Shown here: piece by piece, positions 17,601 to 27,100 of the stretch
Numbering within the stretch: position 1 is the stretch's first letter
Layout: each line of letters starts with the position of its first letter
DNA from: Flavobacteriales bacterium
GTDB lineage: Bacteria; Bacteroidota; Bacteroidia; Flavobacteriales_D; JAHECK01
DNA length: 53,762 nt
Direction of reading: 5' to 3'
Assembly: GCA_030591505.1 (NCBI GenBank)
Contig: JAUVAY010000001.1
Span: 1-53,762, forward strand
Notes under the pieces: model-generated
Databases searched by the model: none
Seen by the model: the letters and a program-made list of their open reading frames with translations, nothing else
What the model was told of the DNA's origin: nothing
Position numbers and translations under genes: made by a program

Positions 17601-20600
17601 CTTAAAATACATCCCGGATTATTTGCATCTTCAATATCAATCGTATAATCACCTGCAGTGAGTCCACTTCCTATTGCTGTTCCATTCCCGATAGGAGGGG
17701 TTGGGTTCCAGGTATAGGTATAAATACCTGACCCTCCTGAAACGGCTAAGTCTATTATACCATCATTTCCTCCCTGACAATTAACATGCGTAATCGTTTC
17801 ACTAACCGTCATTAAACTTGGTGAGCCTACGTTAACTATAAGTGTTGTATCACAAAGGTTTGCGTCTGTAATTATAACCGTATAATCTCCAGCACATAAT
17901 CCAATGGCTGTTGGTGTTGTTTGGGCTGCCGCATCATCCCATAAGTATGTGTAAGGCAGTGTTCCTCCACTTGGTGAAACACTTGCTGTTCCATCACAAT
18001 CCCCATTACAAGCAACATCCGTACTTGATGGATTTGGAATTATTAAGAGCGGCTCGTAAATGCTAAATGGAACATTATTGGTACATCCTGTTGCGTTGGT
18101 TATAGCAACAAAATAATCACCGGCAACTAATTGTACCGTATCGCTACTTAATCCTAAACTAGTATTTGTTAGCGCATCATACCATTCGATAGTACATGGT
18201 GCATCATTACAAACATACTCAGCGATAGCGCTTCCTGTGTCGCCATTGCATAATGCATCTGTTGTTTGAATTGTAATATTTTCAGGTGTTATATCATTGA
18301 TAAGAACAAGAACAGTCCCGTTACACCCATCAGAGTCAGTAATCGTTACTAAATAGCTACCCGCACATAAAGCTGTAGCTGTATCATTATTGATCCCAAG
18401 GTCATTACCCAGCGCATCTATCCATTGGTAATTAGTATAAATACCTGTTCCTCCACTTGCAATAACTTCTGCTGCTGCAATGCAAGGAGGGTTTATACTG
18501 CAATCTCCTAAAATGTATTGGTTATACGTTCCGTTAACTGTGCTCTGCGGCGTGATGGTATAGGTTTCGGAATAACTACATCCAATTGGTGTAGTAACTG
18601 TAAATGTATAATCGCCTTCTCCCAAATTAGTAATTATCGTATCTGTTCCAATAACTACAGAAAAAGCGTCTGTCCATTCGTAAGTATATGGAAGGGTCTC
18701 TCCGCTAACATTTACACTTATCTGTCCGTCATCAAATCCGCCACAAGAAATCTGTTGTATTGTTGGTATAAATACCAGTGGAGCTGAGCCATTTAAGATA
18801 AAGGGCACTTGGATGCTGCAATTATTATCATCCGTCACTATTATGCTATAGTTTCCGGCTCCCAATCCCGTTATTAAAGCAATGTTTCCAATGGTATTTC
18901 CAAGATCGTTTTGGTATTCATAACTATAATCTGCAAAGACCGTCCCACCACTAACCGTTGCCAACACTTGTCCGTTCAAATCACCATTACATAAAGGATC
19001 ATTTATTGTTAATACAACACTCAAAGCAGAAGGCTCTCCAATCGTAAGGATAGTACTAATGCTACATGCATTATCATCAAAAACAGTGATAAGATAGTCG
19101 CCTGCCAATACTCCATTTATTGAGTTCGTAGTAGATATCACTACACCTGGGTTTAGAACACTTTCCCATTCATAAAAATAATCTATAAAAATCGTACCTC
19201 CTGAAGGTAAAACTTGCGCACTACCTGAGGCTTCACCGTTACATAATGCATCGGTGGTCGACGGGTTCAGGAATAATTCCGGTGATTCAAATACTTCGAT
19301 AGAATCAGTGGAAGAACAATTATTAAGATCATAAACAATTACAGTATACACACCTATTGGAATAGAGGTGATGATCTGAGTAGTTGCAATCAGTGTATTT
19401 GAGTCATCGTACCACTCTATAATATAATCAGCAGGTGTAATAATGGTCCCTCCTGAAATAGCAACAGCGGCAGAACCAGTACTTTCGCCAGCACAATCGA
19501 TATCTAATTTGGATAAATTAAGTGATAAGGCTTGCAAGGGTTCGTTAATCGTATGAACTTCAATTAGTGTACATCCCGTTACATCGGTAACTGTTAAGGT
19601 GTAATCTCCAGCAGGAACATTTGATATTCCATTTGTAACAGAAATTAGGTTATTTCCACTGTCTCTCCAATCATAAAGAAATCCTCCATTTCCACCTGCT
19701 GTAACCACTGTTATTGCTCCTGTACTGTCTCCAGCACATAGAATATGGGTTATTGTCGGGATTATTGAGATAGCCAATGGTTGATCAACAGTATAAACTA
19801 CAGTTACAGCACAACTATTTGCATCGGTAACGATCAATGTGTAATCACCTGCTTCCAATCCTATAATATTCTGATCTGTTGAAACGTATCCATTAGGGCC
19901 TGTCCAACCAACGATGAAAGGGGGCACACCTCCCGTGATTACAGTGGAGATCTCACCTGTAAAATCGCCATTACAGATAACATCAACGATGGTTTCGGTA
20001 ATTACTATCTGAGGTGGATCGACTAAAATAAAGGACGTATCATCAAAACATAAATTCTGGTCTGTTAATGTAACAGTATAGCTTCCTACTTCAAGGTTTG
20101 AGATGTTTTGATTTGTTGATGTAAACCCATTCGGACCAGTCCAAGAATAACTATAACCCGGAGTTCCTCCTGTTGGGTTGATATCTATTGCGCCATCATT
20201 TGCACCAATACAAGTTATGGGAGTTATAAGTCCATTAAAAAAGATCTCTGAAAACTCGCTTATGGTGTATGTTTCAGAATGAGTACACCCCAATGCATCC
20301 GTAACGTTCAATGTGTAATCTCCTTCTGCCACATTTGAAATTGCATCCGTTGTACTAATTTGAACGTTTCCAATATCTCTCCAATCGTATAGGTAACCCC
20401 CGTTACCACCTGCAACAGTCACTTGAATTGACCCTGTGGCATTACCAAAACAAAGTACATCAACAATGGTAGGTGTGAAAATTATTGGAGCAGGTTCAGC
20501 AACCGTATAGGTCATTATTAGAATACAATTGTTTGCATCGCTAAGGGTAATGGTGTAATCACCACCTTCGAGTCCCGAAATATTCTGGTTATTGGAAGTA

Positions 20601-22927
20601 AATCCATTTGGACCTGTCCAAGATGTTGTATACGAAGGGGTACCGCCACTAATTACAATACTGATAGCTCCGTTTACATCCCCATTACAGGTAAGATCAG
20701 TAATCGTTTCTACACTATTTAATGGAAGTGGTTCTTCAATTGTTACTGATTGATTTTGAGTACAGTTATTATCATCTGTAACCGTTACTGTGTAGGTTCC
20801 AATAGGAAGCCCAGTAACATCAGCCGTTGTACCAACCTGAACATTCCCGGCATCTCTCCAATCGTATGTATAATCAACAGCTACAGTTCCACCACTGGCT
20901 ACTACATGAACAACTCCATCAGCTAAACCAAAACAAGAAACACTATCAGCAGATGTGACAAGTGTAATAGCAAGGGGTTCGATAATATCAAAAGCAGTCG
21001 TATGACTGCAAAGGTTTCCATCACTAACAGTAATTGTATAGGCCCCTGCAATCAAATTAGTAACAAGCGGAGTAAGTCCGATCGGATTTGAGGCAGCATC
21101 TTCCCAGAGATAATTATAATTACCATCTCCTCCACTTACATTAATTACTGTTGCTTGTCCGTTGACATCTCCATTACATAGGAGGTCTAGTTTAATAAGT
21201 TCGTATCCAATTGTATCGGGTTCACTAATGGTTTCGCTTCCAACTATAACACAATTATTAGCATCCGTTACCGTATAATCGTAGGTTCCTGTAGGCAGGT
21301 TAATAATCAATGAATCTATTCCTACAGATATTCCTCCTGGATTCGTTAACCATGAATATGAATAGGGAAGGGTTCCTCCTGAAGGTGTTACTACAACAGA
21401 GCCATCGCTAACACCATTACAAGATGCAGGTGTATTCCCAGAAACGGCAGTCAGTAAAGGTGGTTCAGTAATTACAATGTTATTAAGCGTTAAACTACAT
21501 GAATTAGCATCAATAATACTAACAGAATAGGAACCGGCACATAAATTACTTGCAATAGAATCAGTATAGCCAGCGATAGGATTATTAGCGGCGTCTAACC
21601 ATTGGTAGGTGTACGGAAAAGTTCCGCCTGTGGGTGTTGCAATGGCCTCCCCAGGAGTACAATTACCGTTACATATTAAATGAGTGATACTTGTAATGCT
21701 AGCTGTAAGTACACTTGGTTCAACTATTTCAATAATCGTGTCTTTTGGACAGTTATTTACGTCTTCAACATGTACAGAATAGAAGCCAGCTATTTGATTT
21801 GTAATCGATGATGTTATTTCATTTCCGGGAGTCCATAAAAAGGTAAAAGGTCCTCCATTTCCTGAAGTTGGACTTGTAGTAATCTGTCCATCATTAAAGC
21901 CATTACAACTAACATCTGTAATTAAAGCATTAATATCTATTCCAAGAGGATCGTAAAGTGTATCATAACGTGTAACGAAACAGCCATTAGTGTCTGTTAC
22001 AGCAATAGAATAAGGACCGGCAATTAAATTGATAGCAGTTGAAGCTGTTACCCCTGTTTCAGCAAAGCCATTACTCCATAGTACATCATAATCTGTTAAG
22101 GCTGGTGTCCCTCCAAATATATTTGCAATTATGGCCCCATCATTAGCGCCAACACATGAGGGTACTACGCTATTAAAAAATACATTAATAACAGAGGGTT
22201 CATTTATAAAGAAATTTGTAAATGATGTCGAAAAATCATCATTATCGATAACGATAAGAGTATAGGTACCTGCTCCAAGGTTATTTATAGGATTCGCTTC
22301 AATAATGTTTGTCCCAAGTGAACCACCTGTCCAGAAATATTGAAAAGGACCAATTCCTCCTGTCACTGATCCTATTGCTGATCCAAGCCCACCATTACAC
22401 AAAGGGTTTGTTGCTGTTGCAATAGCAATATGTCCTGCTTTTAGTGTAGAAGCGTCATCCTCCCATTTATCGATGATCCATTTTGTTATCTTTTCTGAAA
22501 TAATGAACACTCCGCCTTTTACCGAAGATGCATTTTTCAATTCGGGTTTAACAGGTGCTTTTATGAATGAAGCGTTAAGATTAAGGTTTAGTCCACTTTT
22601 CTGCGCGATATAAAACTCTTTTTTAATAGATACAACAACTCCACTTTGTACTTCAATATTGAAATTCTTCTTTGTATTGATCGAAATAGAGTTTACAGTG
22701 ATGTTTTCTGAAATTGTTAAAACATCTCCTTCAGACAACGATTTTTTATCTATATGAATATTATCTGAAATATCAGGAATAGTAGATCCTCCGGGGCCAC
22801 CAGAAACTTGTGCCCAATGACTAGCATCGTTCCATGTTCCAGTCCCTCCAACCCAATATAAGTCGTTCGCACTTATAATGATGGAAATAAAAAGAAGGCT
22901 GAATGTAAGTGTGTAAAGTTTTTTCAA
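14675..22927 (-). CDS. Giant SprB-repeat cell-surface adhesin with T9SS type B sorting domain
   Basis: 2750 aa with a signal peptide. I count about 29 repeats by the C-x-G-x-x-DG...GG-x-x-PY-x-Y-x-W signature. The last 89 aa (14678-14944: FTPNGDGVNDVW...NRWGQLLF...GTYYYVI) form a type B / gliding-motility C-terminal domain. Confidence 0.9.
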   Translation of the reverse strand: MKKLYTLTFSLLFISIIISANDLYWVGGTGTWNDASHWAQVSGGPGGSTIPDISDNIHIDKKSLSEGDVLTISENITVNSISINTKKNFNIEVQSGVVVSIKKEFYIAQKSGLNLNLNASFIKAPVKPELKNASSVKGGVFIISEKITKWIIDKWEDDASTLKAGHIAIATATNPLCNGGLGSAIGSVTGGIGPFQYFWTGGSLGTNIIEANPINNLGAGTYTLIVIDNDDFSTSFTNFFINEPSVINVFFNSVVPSCVGANDGAIIANIFGGTPALTDYDVLWSNGFAETGVTASTAINLIAGPYSIAVTDTNGCFVTRYDTLYDPLGIDINALITDVSCNGFNDGQITTSPTSGNGGPFTFLWTPGNEITSSITNQIAGFYSVHVEDVNNCPKDTIIEIVEPSVLTASITSITHLICNGNCTPGEAIATPTGGTFPYTYQWLDAANNPIAGYTDSIASNLCAGSYSVSIIDANSCSLTLNNIVITEPPLLTAVSGNTPASCNGVSDGSVVVTPSGGTLPYSYSWLTNPGGISVGIDSLIINLPTGTYDYTVTDANNCVIVGSETISEPDTIGYELIKLDLLCNGDVNGQATVINVSGGDGNYNYLWEDAASNPIGLTPLVTNLIAGAYTITVSDGNLCSHTTAFDIIEPLAITLVTSADSVSCFGLADGVVHVVASGGTVAVDYTYDWRDAGNVQVGTTADVTGLPIGTYTVTVTDDNNCTQNQSVTIEEPLPLNSVETITDLTCNGDVNGAISIVISGGTPSYTTSWTGPNGFTSNNQNISGLEGGDYTITLSDANNCILIMTYTVAEPAPIIFTPTIVDVLCFGNATGSIQVTVAGGNGGYLYDWRDIGNVQISTTDAISNVAEGDYTLNVTDALGCTHSETYTISEFSEIFFNGLITPITCIGANDGAIDINPTGGTPGYSYSWTGPNGFTSTNQNISNLEVGSYTVTLTDQNLCFDDTSFILVDPPQIVITETIVDVICNGDFTGEISTVITGGVPPFIVGWTGPNGYVSTDQNIIGLEAGDYTLIVTDANSCAVTVVYTVDQPLAISIIPTITHILCAGDSTGAITVVTAGGNGGFLYDWRDSGNNLISVTNGISNVPAGDYTLTVTDVTGCTLIEVHTINEPLQALSLNLSKLDIDCAGESTGSAAVAISGGTIITPADYIIEWYDDSNTLIATTQIITSIPIGVYTVIVYDLNNCSSTDSIEVFESPELFLNPSTTDALCNGEASGSAQVLPSGGTIFIDYFYEWESVLNPGVVISTTNSINGVLAGDYLITVFDDNACSISTILTIGEPSALSVVLTINDPLCNGDLNGQVLATVSGGTVFADYSYEYQNDLGNTIGNIALITGLGAGNYSIIVTDDNNCSIQVPFILNGSAPLVFIPTIQQISCGGFDDGQISVNVSGETLPYTYEWTDAFSVVIGTDTIITNLGEGDYTFTVTTPIGCSYSETYTITPQSTVNGTYNQYILGDCSINPPCIAAAEVIASGGTGIYTNYQWIDALGNDLGINNDTATALCAGSYLVTITDSDGCNGTVLVLINDITPENITIQTTDALCNGDTGSAIAEYVCNDAPCTIEWYDALTNTSLGLSSDTVQLVAGDYFVAITNATGCTNNVPFSIYEPLLIIPNPSSTDVACNGDCDGTASVSPSGGTLPYTYLWDDAAAQTTPTAIGLCAGDYTVIITDANLCDTTLIVNVGSPSLMTVSETITHVNCQGGNDGIIDLAVSGGSGIYTYTWNPTPPIGNGTAIGSGLTAGDYTIDIEDANNPGCILSNTYTVLQADSLLATTSTIESTCSINDGEASVVVSGGTPGYTYLWNDGAAQTTPTAINLLAGIYTVLVTDANMCSENYTMAVNDQGADTLTLQILPGLCPGDSSTVSALYNCLNPTCVITWYDEFGTPLPVAGDIVTLVAGSYWIGIENGLSCEWFLAFEIDAINPIEPNLDFDNVSCNGPCDGIATINPIGGNGNYTITWIPEPPSGQGELSVSGLCPGLWQVIIEDNIGCDTTVTFEVLDYTIVSGIVSVTDASCNGDNSGSAQVIASGGEEPYTYNWLPEPGSGQGNPNVGGLFAGDWSVTIEDNNGCDTTINFVILEPSAMVADSTVVNASCNMNPGDGSIDLVVSGGIAPYTYQWFDAGGNDLGVTTSSITDLTEGVYNCVVVDDSLCTQTFVAIVSEEGGEDLISDKVDVSCFGGDDGMAWVEYICGDAPCTVNWYDALGVDIGFTTDTITNLISGSYIVGVTNGSGCISYQNIVVNDATEIVIDIAVVDATCSGICDGEAAATASGGTGSYTYLWSPEPGTGQGTALAGELCGGTWILEVTDDNGCVQSIEFEISEISPLFANIQIGNEDCEGDCNGWASIEPTGGTGDYSFLWSPEPSFGQGTDSVGGLCGGDWSVLITDLNSGCNLTEIFTVSQVNPIIVSDTVIVETECENDNTGSISITVVGGSPPYIYQWLDNNLDTIIGETDTIISDLLPGNYTISITDDIGCTHSEEFVISSLSSLIADAGNDTSYCQGYGPAVFVGNGNGVNSLWTDILGNILSLGDTLIIDAPVGNMGYIYQISDGICTSSDTAYAVVLATPIVDAGPDLEIILEESIMIGGDPTAADGSIFAWIPSESLDDSTLANPTANPSENTIYVVYVEDINTCVSSDTMVVVVKPKFIPNNGFTPNGDGVNDVWIIGDLSKFPNVEVSLFNRWGQLLFSSKGYTEPWDGMYSGKLVPVGTYYYVIDLKDKDYPEPFTGPLTIMR

Positions 22928-22962
22928 TGCCTTATATTTTAGTAAATGGTTGTCATATTAGT

Positions 22963-23901
22963 TTAATCAAATGCTGCACAGCGCACATTACTGCCATCAT
23001 TAAAGTCACAAGTATTAAACCCTACAATGATCTCGTGTGATCCATAGGTTCCGTAGCTTATGTTGTTTATTATATAATCAAATGAATATCCCACAGAGAC
23101 CATGTTAAACAACTTAACATTTATCAAAGCAGCAATAGCCGTTTGATTTCTATAGGAAACTCCCAATTGATATTTTTTATCAAGCTTGTAAATAAGGTTA
23201 ATATCATATCCCATAGGACTGTCGTAAGCATACCTGGTTACGATTGAAGGAACCAGATCTGATCGTTCTGTCAGTCGAAAACTCTTGGCTGCCTTAAAAA
23301 TATAGTGCCTTGCTGTTCGGGTATCCAATCCCACTTCCGGAATTGTAACATTAACAACATTTTGTATAGAAAAACCGATATAAAAACTTGAATTATAGAG
23401 TAATACACCAGGTGTTATAGCAGGATAAATAATATTCGCGGTTGAGCCCGAGATAGCGGGGTCATTAAAATTTGTAAGGGTTAAACCACTCACATCAAAC
23501 CTATTTTGTATAATTCCTGCAAACAAACCTAATGATCCATATAAGTTAGTTCCTAATTTTACGTGATAAGCTGCTGCAAGTTCCAATTGAATGAAATTAT
23601 AGGGTCCGGCCTCATCATTATAGATTCTTCCTCCTACTCCAAAAAAAGAAGTTCTTCGATTATTTCTCTTCTTTGTTATTTTCCCATTTCCATTAAAAAA
23701 AGCTGTTTGCGGGTTTCCTTCAAAACCCGTCCATTGATGACGGTAACCCACTTTCAGGTCTACACATTCGCCTGCTCCCGCAAAAGCAGGGTTAATACCA
23801 AAATTATTGAAGGTTGATTGGGTAAATAATGGCTGCTGTTGAGCCAATCCTCCGATAGGAATAAGTAAAATAAACAGTAAATAAATTTGCCTTTTTCTCA
23901 T
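22963..23901 (-). CDS. PorP/SprF-family T9SS membrane protein
   Basis: 312 aa with QQQPLFTQSTFNNFGINPA ... GSHEIIVGFN. There is a 4-nt ATGA-type overlap with the upstream gene. Confidence 0.85.
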   Translation of the reverse strand: MRKRQIYLLFILLIPIGGLAQQQPLFTQSTFNNFGINPAFAGAGECVDLKVGYRHQWTGFEGNPQTAFFNGNGKITKKRNNRRTSFFGVGGRIYNDEAGPYNFIQLELAAAYHVKLGTNLYGSLGLFAGIIQNRFDVSGLTLTNFNDPAISGSTANIIYPAITPGVLLYNSSFYIGFSIQNVVNVTIPEVGLDTRTARHYIFKAAKSFRLTERSDLVPSIVTRYAYDSPMGYDINLIYKLDKKYQLGVSYRNQTAIAALINVKLFNMVSVGYSFDYIINNISYGTYGSHEIIVGFNTCDFNDGSNVRCAAFD

Positions 23902-24911
23902 CTTATAATCGCTACAAACCCTGTTAATGGTTGTTCATTTTCAACTCCTAGATCATTTAATTGAATAACCCAATAATATGTCCCTTCCGGTAAATAATTT
24001 CCATCATTGGTACCGTTCCATGGACTTGTATATCCAACCGATGAAAAAACACGTTGTCCCCATCTATTATATACTTCTACAATAACATTCGGAAAAAGTT
24101 CTATTCTATTGATTTCCCATACATCATTATACCCATCTCCATTTGGGGTAAAGGCGTTTGGGGCTTTTAATGGGTCTACAATAAAAACCGTAACATTATC
24201 TGTAGCGCTGCATCCATCTCTACTTCCAGTGAGTGTATAAGTTGTTGTTTCCGATGGTGTGGCTATCGGGTTGGCGCTCGTTGAATTATCTAATGTATTA
24301 CTTGGGGTCCAACTATACGAATCAGCCCCTGAACCTTCAAGTGCAATTCCTTGTCCTTCAATAATTATTTGATCCGGTCCTGCATCGATGCTAACTCCTG
24401 GACCGGTAACTATTATTGAGAAATCACAGGATGTTGTATCTCCTTGGTCGTTAACTAGGGCGTCAATCTGAATCCAATACTCAGTATTGGGATCTAATAA
24501 GGGTGCAGAAAGAACAAAATTATACTCTCCGGATAAACAATTTGAAACAGCCGACATGCTAGCGATATCACAGGGACTATCGGCTGTAAAAATAACCCCT
24601 TCCAATCCGTCACCGGTGCTTCCTGGTGTATTACACACGGTATCTCTATTGACAATTACATTTACATTCCCTCCCAAATCGTTCGTTGTAAAGCTATACC
24701 ACACCGTTGCATGTGGAGTAAAACATATATTGTTCCCAGCGCTCGCTCCAGCTGTTGTCCCTTGAATACTTTCGTCCATACAAAGAATCTGCGCGCTAAT
24801 GCAGTCATCATTAGGCGGTTGCGCCAGAGCATTTTTCTGAAAGCCAAATAATACTAGGCTTGTCAGTAAAAAAAATGCAGTTCTATTCAATCTAATTAAA
24901 GGATATAGCAT
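23898..24911 (-). CDS. T9SS type B sorting domain-containing secreted protein
   Basis: 337 aa with N-terminal PPNDDC...VWYSF domain and C-terminal FTPNGDGYNDVW...NRWGQRVF...GTYYWVI. The last roughly 150 aa are paralogous to the tail of the giant adhesin. Confidence 0.85.
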   Translation of the reverse strand: MLYPLIRLNRTAFFLLTSLVLFGFQKNALAQPPNDDCISAQILCMDESIQGTTAGASAGNNICFTPHATVWYSFTTNDLGGNVNVIVNRDTVCNTPGSTGDGLEGVIFTADSPCDIASMSAVSNCLSGEYNFVLSAPLLDPNTEYWIQIDALVNDQGDTTSCDFSIIVTGPGVSIDAGPDQIIIEGQGIALEGSGADSYSWTPSNTLDNSTSANPIATPSETTTYTLTGSRDGCSATDNVTVFIVDPLKAPNAFTPNGDGYNDVWEINRIELFPNVIVEVYNRWGQRVFSSVGYTSPWNGTNDGNYLPEGTYYWVIQLNDLGVENEQPLTGFVAIIR

Positions 24912-25140
24912 GTCAAGGTAAAGTTGTCGATAATCATTTATATGACGGAATTAAACAAACTTTATTATCCACACTAGTATGTGGAAGAACTTTATCCTTA
25001 AATTAAAGGCTTGGAATATGGAAGCATATTAACTTTTTCATCCTTTTTAAAAAGTTGAAAAGTGCATTTAATATTTGTTTAAACTATTAAAAAAAAATAC
25101 AGGTTTCTTTTGAGGAGATCATCTAAAATCCCGATTGTTA

Positions 25141-26187
25141 TCAGGCCTTATTTAGGGAAAAAGTAAAGGTAGTTCCTTCTCCAGGATTGCTTCGAACAGT
25201 AATGGATTCATTGTGGGAATCAATGATATGTTTTACGATAGCTAAACCAAGGCCGGTACCTCCTTTATTTCGGGTTCTACTCTTTTCTACACGATAAAAA
25301 CGCTCAAATATTCGATCAATATCTTCCTTTTTGATTCCAACACCATTGTCAATTATCTCCACAAGTATCTTTTTATCCAGTACATTATTACTAATAGCAA
25401 TCTTTTTACCTTCTTTACTATATGAAATAGCATTATTTAGAAGGTTTGATACTACTTGAGCGATCTTATCCCTATCAGCAATTACCCACACTTCTTTCTC
25501 AATCGGATCATTTATTTTGATTTCAATCTTCTTTTTTATCGCTTTAAAATCAAGATCATTTTTGATCTCATATAGCAATTTAGTAAGGTCGAATCGTATC
25601 TTTTCAAGATTAAAATGACCTGATTCCAGTTTAGAAATTGCATCAAGATCATTTAGAAGATCTGTAACGCGTTCAACACTTTTCGAAGCGCGTTCCAAAA
25701 ACAAGAGATTGATGTCCTTGTCCTCAAGCCCACCTTCCAATAAGGTTAATATATATCCCTGAATCGAAAAAATTGGCGTTTTTAGTTCGTGGGCTAAATT
25801 TCCAATAAACTCTCTTCTAAAATTCTCCCTTTCCTCTAATTGATCTATCGTTTTATGCTGATCAACCATCCATCGAGCAACATCTTTACTAACTTTTCCC
25901 AAAATATCCTTATTCATATTTAGGTCAAGTTCCGAAATGTCTTTATTCGGTTTAAACATTTGAGTAGCTCGATATAAAAGTTTGATCTTATAATAAATAA
26001 ACCTTTCTAATGTGAAGTAGATGAGTGCAAAAGCGACTATAAAGATGAGTACGAAAGTCAATAATATCATCCATAAGTTAATATCCACATCTTTTAACCA
26101 AAAAATAACTATGATCAGAAATACTGAAAATAATGAAAGTAGTAATGAAATATAGATGCTTAATGAACGTGGGCTATTCGCTTGCAT
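25141..26187 (-). CDS. Sensor histidine kinase (PhoR-like core with minimal extracytoplasmic loop)
   Basis: HisKA H-box NLAHELKTP and HATPase_c N/G boxes (NLLNNAISY, GTGLGLAI). Two N-terminal TM helices are separated by only about 7 residues. Confidence 0.85.
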   Translation of the reverse strand: MQANSPRSLSIYISLLLSLFSVFLIIVIFWLKDVDINLWMILLTFVLIFIVAFALIYFTLERFIYYKIKLLYRATQMFKPNKDISELDLNMNKDILGKVSKDVARWMVDQHKTIDQLEERENFRREFIGNLAHELKTPIFSIQGYILTLLEGGLEDKDINLLFLERASKSVERVTDLLNDLDAISKLESGHFNLEKIRFDLTKLLYEIKNDLDFKAIKKKIEIKINDPIEKEVWVIADRDKIAQVVSNLLNNAISYSKEGKKIAISNNVLDKKILVEIIDNGVGIKKEDIDRIFERFYRVEKSRTRNKGGTGLGLAIVKHIIDSHNESITVRSNPGEGTTFTFSLNKA

Positions 26188-26870
26188 TAGCTTGAAAATT
26201 TATAACCAACACCTTTAATCGTTATAATAAAATCATCGCCTATTTTCTCCCGAAGTTTTCTAATGTGTACATCAATAGTTCTGTCGCCGACAATTACATC
26301 CTCACCCCAAATTGTATTCATAATAACATCTCTGGTGAAAACTTTATTTGGTTTTGACATCAAAAGGGTGAGTAATTCGAACTCTTTTTTCGGTAAGGAG
26401 ATCTCAATATTATTTTGAACAACAAGGTACCTTTCCTTATCGATGAGAATTCCACCAGCTTCAATGTTCTCGAAATTATTTATTTGAACACCTGCGTTTC
26501 TTCTGAGCAAAGCCTTAACTCTGCTTAACAATACATGCGGTTTTATTGGTTTATTAATAAAATCATCAGCTCCTGCATTAAAACCAGTAATTTCAGCGTA
26601 ATCTTCGTTCAATGCTGTTAATAGAGCGATTGTAATCCCTTCTAGGCCAGGCGTTGATCTTATTTTTTCGCAGGTTTCTATCCCATCCATTTCTGGCATC
26701 ATTACATCAAGAAGAATCAAATGAGGTAAAAATGATTTTGCTTTTTCGACACCTTCTACACCATTAGTAGCTGTATCGACCTTGTAGCCTTTTTTCTTAA
26801 GGTTATACTCTAATAAGGTAAGAATATCCGGATCATCATCAACAAGTAATATACGTTGTTCGCTACTCAT
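26187..26870 (-). CDS. OmpR/PhoB-family response regulator
   Basis: Receiver domain (LLVDDD, LLDVMMP) plus a winged-helix output domain. I used the start MSSEQRILLVDDD at 26870 rather than 26906. Confidence 0.85.
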   Translation of the reverse strand: MSSEQRILLVDDDPDILTLLEYNLKKKGYKVDTATNGVEGVEKAKSFLPHLILLDVMMPEMDGIETCEKIRSTPGLEGITIALLTALNEDYAEITGFNAGADDFINKPIKPHVLLSRVKALLRRNAGVQINNFENIEAGGILIDKERYLVVQNNIEISLPKKEFELLTLLMSKPNKVFTRDVIMNTIWGEDVIVGDRTIDVHIRKLREKIGDDFIITIKGVGYKFSS

Positions 26871-27100
26871 AATTATTTGAAGTTTAAGCAAAAAAACACA
26901 ATGCAAAGGGAATGACCTCAGTATTGACTTTAAATTAATATTAAATAATCAAGCTATTAATAATATTATTCAAAGATGCCACTAAAATTTAGTTATTCTT
27001 AAGGTGATCTAATCGAAAACTGATTCAAAAATAAATCGCCGGATTTCATATTTTAAGTTAGCACAAAGTATTTTTATCTTTTCGTGAAAATAGCAGTAAA

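Noticed and set aside
15178-18787. Antisense ORFs inside the giant adhesin gene (15178-15474, 16248-16529, 18518-18787)
   Set aside because: They lie opposite a strongly supported 8.25 kb CDS and have low-complexity, repeat-derived translations. They are typical shadow ORFs. The same applies to the other short ORFs antisense to well-supported genes in the track.
14675-22927. Repeat-rich giant gene considered as a diversity-generating retroelement target or a misassembled repeat
   Set aside because: There is no reverse transcriptase or template repeat in the window. The repeats are diverged at DNA level (roughly 60-75 percent by eye) and the reading frame is intact for 8.25 kb.
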